Shown: positions 55,601-64,000 of the stretch, piece by piece
Layout of the letters: the number at the start of each line of letters is the position of its first letter
How positions within the stretch are numbered: the stretch's first letter is position 1
Source of the DNA: Tubiluchus corallicola
Taxonomy: Eukaryota; Animalia; Priapulida
Assembly: GCA_030141605.1 (NCBI GenBank)
Contig: JAQGDQ010000062.1
Span: 372,001-436,000, forward strand
Direction: 5' to 3'
DNA length: 64,000 bases
Notes under the pieces: generated by a model
Database searches by the model: none
Seen by the model: only the letters and a program-made list of their open reading frames with translations
Told to the model about the DNA's origin: nothing
Program-made: the position numbers and the translations under genes

Positions 55601-58600
55601 GATTTTCCAAAAAAACTAGAGAAAAGAAATCTTTGAGTAAGCCAATTAAAAAAAGAAGAATATATATTGCAAGAGATGATAACCAATCTTGAAAAAAGTG
55701 GAGTATATTGGCACTCTTCTAAACACCAAAGATGATATTAAAAGTAGAAAGCAGCAAGCAGTGCTTGCTTTTCTTCAGCACAAGAATGTATTAACTAGCA
55801 AGAAATTGTCTTAACATAAGACTTCGATTATTTAATGCTTACGTTCCTAGCATATTTATGTACAACAGTGAAACATGGGATTTAACAACTAATAAAGAAA
55901 AGCAGATTGACACATTTCATAGAAATCTTCTAGGGAAAGCTTTAAAGATAAGATGGCCATACATACTCAAAAATGAAGATTTATACGCTAAAACAAAAGA
56001 AATTCATTGGAGTTCAAAAGTCAAGATCCGAAGATTAAGAAGGCTAGGACACTTTCTAAGATTACCAAATAAAGTACTTGGTACCAGTAAGAATTACCTT
56101 AAAGGAAGCAAAAAACCACCTGACAAACCAAAAACACCTTGGATAACTAAGATAAATACAGATGTTCTACAACTTCAACCAAATCTATCTTTAGGAGTAG
56201 AAGAACTTATGCAGATAGCAGTGGGTGGAATACTTTTATAAATGTTGATACCTCAATGCCTATAACAAGTGGAATGAGATTTTGAAGAAGAAAAGAAGAA
56301 AGAAATTTAATTATTCGAGTCTAAATGTAGAGGAATGTACAATCAAAAGCACCTAAAGTCGTGCCAATTCCTGGTATACTTTTTTACTATGGTAAAGGTT
56401 TACTAGCAAACGAAAGACAAAGCAAATAACAAAAAGGCAAATAAAAATTACAAAACAAGTTCAAATGAGACGAAGGAAAATATTAAACAAACAACTAATA
56501 TTTAGGCTCTCACACTTACATGGTCAATGTCTCAATTGTCTCATGGTCAAGACAAGTTATATGAAAATAGCCCGAGTTCCTCACAACTATTAAAATGTCT
56601 TCAGTTATAAATTACGAATAACAGTTGTCCTGATAAAACTAAAAATTACCAAAAAATATGCTTACTGTGTAGCAACAGAGCTTCTGAAATGCTGTTCCTA
56701 ATTTTTTATAATACCCCTCCTCTGTAGCCACCCCATATGCACAATTTGTATTATAACATCGTACCATGTAATGCAATTGCGGTGTGGTGAGCACACCTGA
56801 AATAATAATAATTATTCATTCAATATTTACTGTGACAATAAATAGCATGCATTATTTAATAAGTATACAATGATCAAGCACAGATAAATGCAATAAGTTT
56901 GCATAAGTGTAAAAATAATAACTAATGGTAAATGTTATCAATACTGTAAAAAGAGAATCAAAGCATTTAAAAGAAAATTATAGTTAAAAATATTGCGTTA
57001 GGGCTTGGGTACCAAAAAAATAACTACCAGGACTTTGCAACTATGTTTTGCATCCCAAATGTATTGTGCAAAACTAAGCCACTGTCTTTCTATTGCCTGC
57101 ACACTTTTCATGCAATTTTTGGTTGACATGTGAGCTTGAACAGCAAAAAAGGTCTTCTAATGTCTTTTCCTTGCTTGCTATAATTACTTACTATAGTACT
57201 AGTAATATAGTTACATTCTGTATTGAAATTTTTTAACGCCAAGTCTAGCTGTGAAAGGATAAGCAACTTCACATTTGAGAAGTTTTATAAGCTATAAGCT
57301 GATGACTTTCTACACATTGTAATTAAGCAGGCGCAAAATGTTTCTGCGTGATGTAAAAACAGGATTTCTTATCTTATAGTATTATAAGGGAAATTTAAAT
57401 AAGCACTAAACTACTTATGTTTCACCTCAGAGGAGAGAGAGGTTGAGTGGAAGAAGAGAGTGTGAAAGAGAGGAAGACAGACAGAGTGAGAGGATGAAAT
57501 GGACAGGGCGAAAAGGAGAGAGGGTAAGAGAGAGAGAGCATGCGAGAGAGAAAAAGAAGGGTAGTTGCATTACGCCAGTTACTAATTAACGCAGTTAGAT
57601 TGTAAACTGTAATGTCTTGTTTGCACACGAAATTTAACAAATACAACATTAAATTGTTTTATGTTTAAATTCAAGCACAAACACAAGTTGTCGCATGGGC
57701 TTTCCCAACTATGTCGGTTAACAAAATCGGACAGAAAATTGGATCGTGTAAACCGGGCTTTTAATAAACTACGACCAATTTTAAACTTTTTTCCGAACCA
57801 GTCACTTAGTCAACAAAATAAGCCTGATAACTTACAATCATACCATTTAAGGCCATTCAAAGTTTGCTTTTTACGCAAATTTCACATTGTATAGTGACAT
57901 TTTGGTACCTATGACCTCCACCATGATGCAGGATACATATATCTTAGTAATCTCTTACACAGGAGCCTTGTTCATCCATTTTTGAATGAGTAAATTTGAC
58001 CACTTTGAACTATTGTCACTGATTTTTTTTCCAAAATCACCACTGCTGTCATAGTGGCATATTATATCAAATCAGGATACAATTAATCTTGCAGTTCAAA
58101 CATTACTTTAAAGCAGAAGTTAATGTACATTATCTACTGTGCTTCATAGTAGTTATCTAATGAACTTTCATATGAACCAAAAGCAGATGAAAGAAGACAA
58201 CTGGAACGAGTTATAAAAAAATAATTCTAGGCATCAAAAGCCTTCCTGTGGCTATTATACCTGTACCTGTTAAGAGCACATATACCCCTTATACACTTTC
58301 TTCTATGAAAGTTTAATGCCAAAATTATTCCTATGTAATATGTATCTATAAACACCAGAACCAGAGCCTTCAGGTGCTATTTTAATAAATGCATGGATAT
58401 GTAAATAACTGCATAACCAATCGTGTGAGTGGGAAATTGTGAGAAAAGATGTATAAATTTTCTTACTGAGAAGTTGCATGGAAATCTACACATTTACAAA
58501 TGAAACCTAACGTTACATAAAGCTAAAATTGTCCTGAAATTTTGTATCACCTACATAATGTTTTATTGTGCACAGAGCTTGTATAAGCAGCAATGCTGTA

Positions 58601-61600
58601 TAAAACTTGAGAATCTGAACTAATGTCATGATCATTAGAAACAGCCATTTGACGGTAGGTGTTTTGAAACGAGTTTAGATAACATTGCGTAAAATTTTAG
58701 GAAAAAATCAGAGCATTTGTAGCGCTCACTTCCCTAGCTATGCAAAAGTACAAGTTACTGAATCATGTCAATAAAATTAAAAATACGTTTTAGGTGAGTC
58801 AGTGACATTTTAGCAGTTTAACAATTTTAACAATTTAAGTTACTAAGAATTTCCTGTTCTATTTCACAAGTCTTTCCAACAGGTAAGTATAAAGCTAAGT
58901 AAGATAAAACAGGTAAGCATAATGCTAAATAAGATAACTTGAGTAGAAATTGGGACATATTTTAAAATTGCCTTTTCTTCCGCTTTAAACATGATCACGT
59001 CTGTGTATTGCAAATGCCTATAATGCTACAGCTAAGTTACGGCAATAAGCCTGTTCTCTGGATTACAGCTACATAACTCTTGACTATATCTCTGAGTTGC
59101 TTTGTTTGATTTGCCGAGAATAAGCTACGAAGTAACAGAGAAACTTACCATAATCGGTGTAATCAGCTTCCATTATCTTTAATGCTGTCTGCAAGGCTTT
59201 GGCTAATGATGGACTGCTTGGTCTAATTTCAAAATTAAGGAATTACTTTAAAGTCCAATGCATGATTCGCAATCCTAAAAAGTCTACAGTATATTATACA
59301 ACATGTGTAGTAACACATAAACATGGTGTCAGATTTATTATTCTGATTATCAACACTAAAAGAAATACATGTGTGCTTGTATAGTAAAATCATCCATAAG
59401 TCGGCAATTAAGCTTTTCTAGTTGTTCACATATCCCGAATCTCCATTTCTTGAGGATTATTCTGATACTAGGCTATGTTATTACCAAGCTGAGATAATCC
59501 ATATTGCAGATGAAATTGCAGGCTATGCACTAAAAAGCATAATCCTGAGAAGATTACTGTTAATGTTTTTTGTGGCGTTTCTACAAAACACCTAGCAACC
59601 GTACAAATGTTGGTTACTACGGACTTTGCAAGAGCAAATTGAAGTTATGTCTCAATCCACTATATGACTCTTCCAGATGAAGAACTGGGCCTGGGAGCAG
59701 TAAGAACCCCAAGCAAAATGGCTGCTTCGAGTTTGAAAATACAATATCTTTACAATTGCAGTGATAGTTTCTAGTCAGAGAAGTGAGTACAGAGCTATAA
59801 AATTAAATTTCTAGTATTTTTTGAACATTTTCTTGATAATTTGATGCTAGAACATAAAAGTCCAATATATTTAGCATTTGTTTTTATAAAAAACAAAAAA
59901 CTGACATTTGACCAAGTTTTTGATGCATTATAACGTAGATTTAACGATGTCGCCTTATGGAGAGTTTTGGTTTGCAAGCACACACATATTGTACAGACAC
60001 AAAGTATTACAAAGAGCCTAATATGACAAAAATAACTAAAAGAAATCTGCGAAATTTAGTCAACATCCACACTATACATTTTAAAAAATCATGAAAGTAA
60101 ACTGTTTAGAAAGATTTGAAACTGCAGGTTACACCAAATTGTCTCATTTTTATTAAGAGTGACTTCAATCTGTACAACGCTGTCAGAAATCCCGCTACGA
60201 TTTTGCACGGCTATAAACAAACATAATTACACTACTATATGGCTACAGATGCTGAAATATTGTTGTAACCGTACACTTTGTTGTAGGAGATTCATATCTA
60301 CTATTGTAAGCAAATTTATCATCTGTTCATTTCTCACGTAAAGATGTCAGACACATTTTATAATAAATTTCTGTATTGATCTGGTTTGTTTCTATTATTC
60401 ACATAACTGTAACTTTAGTCCAGAGTTTTATGATACTTCCGACAAGAACTGATACAACTGAATATGATACTACAATATTCTAGGAAGATACTAGTTGCTC
60501 CACTTTATTTATCATTCAATTCGTAGTGGGAGATATAAATGGATTATGGAGTGGTATCTCGCGAAAATTCTAATTAGATAGGGTAGGCCCAACACATCAC
60601 CCTCTAATCCGGCCGGTAATACAGTATGATTCTTATCATATGAAGCCAGTCTTTGAACTTACCATAAGTGAGCGCTGATAACTATCCTGGTCTCAAAAAC
60701 AACTTTTTTGGCATATTCACCACTTTCTTAATGGTATGTAAATGCGTATATATATATATATATATATATATAGTAGTATACAAAATGATCTTTTTTTGAA
60801 TTTTCAAGTTCTATCATAAAACCATATATATATATATGGTTTTATGATAGAATTTGAAAATTCAAAAAAAGATCAATATATATATGGTTTTATGATAGAA
60901 CTTGAAAATTCAAAAAAAGATCATTTTGTATACTACTATAATAGATAATATGATACATATCTATGCTACAATTTTCTTCAAGCACATACTCGTATTGTTA
61001 ACAATTTACCTTGTGTCACAGGCACAAAATACGTTAGATTGGAATTCCACGTCAAGTAGTTCTTCATCTACAATTTTCTGCAATGTTTTTCCAACATCTG
61101 AGTCGCTGGAAAATCAGCATCAATTAAATTGGATTGAAAGTACTTAGTTAAATAAAATTGCAAAAAAATCTAAATTCACAAACAATTATATAGTGTACAA
61201 ACAGAAACATGCACTGCATAATTTAGTACCGACATTTATATTGCTCCAACAGCGATATGACTTGATTACTGCTTAAAAAATTATGTACAGCTGTTCATTG
61301 CTATAATCTTAATGTCAAGATTACTATAAACTTGACATTTAGAAAACTGTAAATAAAATACTATTATGTTATCTATAGCTGTTTTTATCAATTATACAAA
61401 AGCATCAAAAATTAACAAACCAAGTAATTACTACAAGGTTTCAAAATTTCAACAAATTAATTATTAACTATAATCTATAAAACCATATAAAAATAAGAAG
61501 TCAAATAGCAAAAATACAAATGAATTGTCGTACAATTAATCATGAGCTTATCTAAACTGCACAGCTATGAGAGAAATTTTGGTATTTCCATGTATTGGTG

Positions 61601-62708
61601 TAATAACAAATGGTAATCGAATATGTCAGATTTGCTGTGTTTGCCGTTGCCAAGCTTATTCTTTTCTTTCTTTACAAAGTTATTGCTTTTCGTTAAACAC
61701 ACATTCATTTAATCTACGGGCATTTTACATCAACCTCACAGTTAGTGCCTTAACAACATCCTTCACTATTTGGTTATGGCACTACCACACAGGAAGATTG
61801 CTGTGCTCTTGATCAGGTGCTAAATCCTCTTCAAAAACAATAGGAATTGAACAGCAATCTATGGCACATTTATACAAAATGAAGGTCACAAGGAAAGCAC
61901 AACTTATCATTACTGACGAATGTCATCCTGGTAATAAATTTTTTTGAAATGTTCCCCTCTGACTGTAGATACCTTTCATTAATGCTAAAGCCACAAGGAT
62001 TACAAATTCTTCCTATCCTGTTGCAGTTCACACTATCAACAGTAAATTTTAGTAAACTTGCAACATTCTCTTTTACATTGTATATTAGCACTTATGTAAT
62101 GACTGACTAAATTCATTTGTGTTCATTTTCTTTTGTAGTAGCCTACGTAAAACCACAGAAATTTCATTATATTATAATGGAATTACACTAAATTGCTTAC
62201 TTACTTATTTGCCTACTTACCTGGCATTAATGAGATTGGTTGCATGAGTTTCCCACTTCACCTGCATCATCTCTCCCATGGAACCGATAACTTTTACTCC
62301 ATTGTCTGTCTCTGGGTTATGAGAGGCTGTGATCATAACACCAACAGTAGCTTAAAAATTAAAAAAAACATTTTGTATAATACTATAATTACGGCTCTTT
62401 CACATTCCAACATGAGTCACTTAATACTAATACTAATAGAAATTCCTCTGTTTGTTTATACAGTCTGGCAAGAATCAGAAAACGGACAGTTGCTGAAAAT
62501 TATAAGAAATAAACGAAATAGTTCTTACAGCTTACCTAGAATGAACAACAATACTGTGCTAATAAGAAATAGGAAGAATCTTTTTTACAGCAGGCTGTCT
62601 CAATGGTGCAGAGCAAATATTTTTGGATGATGCGTACCTTTCTGATATTTAGAGTATAATGCAGAAAGTAGTCCCACACGAAACACAATCCAATCCAAAT
62701 TGATCGCC
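33338..62708 (-). CDS. PGM3: Phosphoacetylglucosamine mutase; 16 coding exons in window, first coding exon beyond the right edge
   Basis: All exons GT-AG and phase consistent. Catalytic [21 protein letters not shown], metal-binding [43 protein letters not shown] and [14 protein letters not shown] motifs. Confidence 0.98.
33540..34312. repeat. Modular minisatellite in the last PGM3 intron
   Basis: Modules TTATCTCTGC (10), TTATCTGATCTTAGC (15) and TTA(TG/CC/TC)TGCTTAGC (13) in variable order. Confidence 0.95.
35528..35579 (-). CDS. PGM3: PGM3 exon (phosphate-binding loop)
   Basis: [17 protein letters not shown]. Confidence 0.97.
36100..36320 (+). mobile_element. Degenerate 5S-derived SINE (SINE3-like) relic
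   Basis: AAGTTAAGCAACATCAAGACTGGTTGGTA resembles the 5S box A/intermediate element; heavily decayed. Confidence 0.35.
37306..37427 (-). CDS. PGM3: PGM3 exon
   Basis: [40 protein letters not shown](R). Confidence 0.97.
37493..37685. repeat. (GA)n / (GACC)n compound microsatellite
   Basis: Read directly. Confidence 0.95.
37931..38117 (-). CDS. PGM3: PGM3 exon
   Basis: [13 protein letters not shown]...[15 protein letters not shown]...[12 protein letters not shown]. Confidence 0.97.
40729..40784 (-). CDS. PGM3: PGM3 exon
   Basis: [18 protein letters not shown](S). Confidence 0.88.
41050..41504 (-). mobile_element. Penelope-like element relic: GIY-YIG endonuclease C-terminus plus 3' region
   Basis: [18 protein letters not shown]...EHRRSC...[16 protein letters not shown] matches YIGxTxRxLxxRxxEH...EAxxIxxxxPxLN. 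Confidence 0.8.
41765..42960. repeat. Degenerate ~120-150-bp tandem array carrying AAGATGGC(G/C) motifs, interrupted by the hAT element
   Basis: Recurring ...AAAAATCATGTTT..TCACAAAA..AAAAACCAAGATGGC.. at ~41820, ~41950 and ~42090, resuming at ~42930. Confidence 0.6.
42195..42835. mobile_element. Non-autonomous hAT element (Blackjack-like termini), 641 bp
   Basis: Perfect 13-bp TIR TAGGGTTACCATA / TATGGTAACCCTA; perfect 8-bp TSD CATGAACA at 42187-42194 and 42836-42843. Confidence 0.93.
42990..43205 (+). mobile_element. Second Penelope-like GIY-YIG relic
   Basis: [16 protein letters not shown] at ~43097-43145 and ATTTGGAATTTGCATTCCAAC shared with the 41.2-kb copy. Confidence 0.7.
43624..43725 (-). 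CDS. PGM3: PGM3 exon (sugar-binding loop)
   Basis: [34 protein letters not shown]. Confidence 0.97.
47900..48013 (-). CDS. PGM3: PGM3 exon
   Basis: [38 protein letters not shown]. Confidence 0.97.
48548..48591 (-). CDS. PGM3: PGM3 exon
   Basis: [14 protein letters not shown]. Confidence 0.96.
49105..49262 (+). mobile_element. Third copy of the Penelope-like 3' region
   Basis: Aligns by eye with the reverse complement of 41055-41205 (CTGA(C/T)GTGGCAGAC...GTTGTAGTTAAG...CACAACGAA). Confidence 0.7.
53650..53730 (-). CDS. PGM3: PGM3 exon (metal-binding loop)
   Basis: [26 protein letters not shown]. Confidence 0.97.
53997..54039 (-). CDS. PGM3: PGM3 exon
   Basis: [14 protein letters not shown](G). 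Confidence 0.95.
54196..54354 (-). CDS. PGM3: PGM3 exon
   Basis: [53 protein letters not shown]. Confidence 0.95.
54880..56305 (+). mobile_element. 5'-truncated, decayed non-LTR retrotransposon (RTE/RTEX-like RT), antisense in a PGM3 intron
   Basis: [25 protein letters not shown] (~55186-55221), QYAGD (degenerate YADD, ~55536), YIG and [18 protein letters not shown] motifs; many stops and frameshifts; GAA-rich 3' tail at 56284-56305. Confidence 0.9.
56666..56796 (-). CDS. PGM3: PGM3 exon
   Basis: [43 protein letters not shown]. Confidence 0.96.
59149..59222 (-). CDS. PGM3: PGM3 exon
   Basis: [24 protein letters not shown](G). Confidence 0.92.
60769..60940. repeat. Inverted duplication with extra partial arm around (TA)n
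   Basis: 60769-60828 is the reverse complement of 60881-60940; 60833-60875 is a further partial copy. Confidence 0.92.
61010..61105 (-). CDS. PGM3: PGM3 exon
   Basis: [31 protein letters not shown](R). Confidence 0.92.
62221..62350 (-). CDS. PGM3: PGM3 exon (catalytic Ser loop)
   Basis: [42 protein letters not shown]. Confidence 0.97.
62638..62708 (-). CDS. PGM3: PGM3 exon
   Basis: [23 protein letters not shown]. Confidence 0.92.
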
Positions 62709-62864
62709 CTTAAAAATACAATTTATTATTCAGTTGAATATTTAACAATGTGAGTGTCCTTTATCGGACTTTTTTTTGAAAATGGGACTGGCAGTTAGCA
62801 AGCCTCTCTTAAAGGCTGGTGGGGAACTAGACAATAAGGGTGTAAACCACAGCAAAAAATCAAA

Positions 62865-63696
62865 TAGATGTAACGTACAGTGGGATGGTGGTTAGATGTA
62901 ATGTAGAGTGGGATGGTGGTTAGATGTAATGTACAGTAGGATGGTGGTTAGATGCAATGTACAGTGGGATGGTGGTTAGATGTAATGTACAGTAGGATGG
63001 TGGTTAGATGTAACATACAGTGGGATGGTGGTTAGATGTAATGTACAGTGGGATGGTGGTTAGATGTAATGTACAGTGGGATGGTGGTTAGATGTAATGT
63101 ACAGTGGGATGGTGGTTAGATGTAATGTACAGTGGGATGGTGGTTAGATGTAATGTACAGTGGGATGGTGGTTAGATGTAACATAGAGTGGGATGGTGGT
63201 TAGATGTAATGTACAGTGGGATGGTGGTTAGATGTAACATACAGTGGGATGGTGGTTAGATGTAATGTACAGTGGGATGGTGGTTAGATGTAATGTACAG
63301 TGGGATGGTGGTTAGATGTAATGTACAGTGGGATGGTGGTTAGATGTAATGTACAGTGGGATGGTGGTTAGATGTAACATACAGTGGGATGGTGGTTAGA
63401 TGTAATGTACAGTGGGATGGTGGTTAGATGTAACATACAGTGGGATGGTGGTTAGATGTAATGTACAGTGGGATGGTGGTTAGATGTAATGTACAGTGGG
63501 ATGGTGGTTAGATGTAATGTACAGTGGGATGGTGGTTAGATGTAATGTACAGTGGGATGGTGGTTAGATGTAACATACAGTGGGATGGTGGTTAGATGTA
63601 ATGTACAGTGGGATGGTGGTTAGATGTAATGTACAGTGGGATGGTGGTTAGATGTAATGTAGAGTGGGATGGTGGTTAGATGTAATGTACAGTGGG
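62865..63696. repeat. 28-bp minisatellite, about 30 copies
   Basis: Unit TAGATGTAATGTACAGTGGGATGGTGGT with an AACATAC variant. Confidence 0.97.
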
Positions 63697-64000
63697 TAGA
63701 CCACACTAAATATAATGCACATTTGATGTTTGTAAAAGTACTGGTGGTCAAAACGGTGGCCAAAATGTTAAGTTTTGCTCTGCAGGCACCAGCCGCACCA
63801 CGCTGTTAACAAAATTGTTTAACAAGCCAAAAAGATGCATGAAAGTACTATTATGCCTTTTTAATAAATATGTAGTAAGTATTAACAGCAGCAACATTGT
63901 TTAATGTTTTTCAGTTTTTTGTCTTCAAGTTTAATGCTTATACAGCATTTTCATACAACCTAGTCAGAATGAGCTGAAATGCATCTTACTTACTCAAAGA

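Overview
AT-rich, intron-rich animal genomic DNA (an invertebrate; the phylum cannot be fixed from this window). I reconstructed five protein-coding genes by hand from splice sites and phase-consistent translation. (1) The 5' end of a protein O-mannosyltransferase (POMT1/2 family) on the minus strand, running off the left edge. (2) A complete 8-exon matrix metalloproteinase (+, 4660-13831, 393 aa) with no hemopexin domain and an unrecognised ~100-aa tail. (3) A complete 6-exon globin (-, 23249-17333, 182 aa) with B12.2, E17.2 and G7.0 introns. (4) A 2-exon secreted prepropeptide (+, 24236-25976, 113 aa) whose first peptide, RMFFSVGWGPAG, resembles the AKH/GnRH/corazonin motif; it sits head-to-head with the globin between two outward-facing TATA boxes about 800 bp apart. 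(5) PGM3 (-), with 16 coding exons in the window and the first exon beyond the right edge. Introns and spacers hold two hAT MITEs with perfect TIRs and 8-bp TSDs, two foldback MITEs, a decayed RTE-like LINE, Penelope-like GIY-YIG relics, an Academ/XPG-like relic, SINE relics, three minisatellites, local duplications and many microsatellites. Most long ORFs in the supplied track are repeat artefacts. The most interesting candidate is the globin/neuropeptide divergent pair and the peptide itself. No database searches were run.
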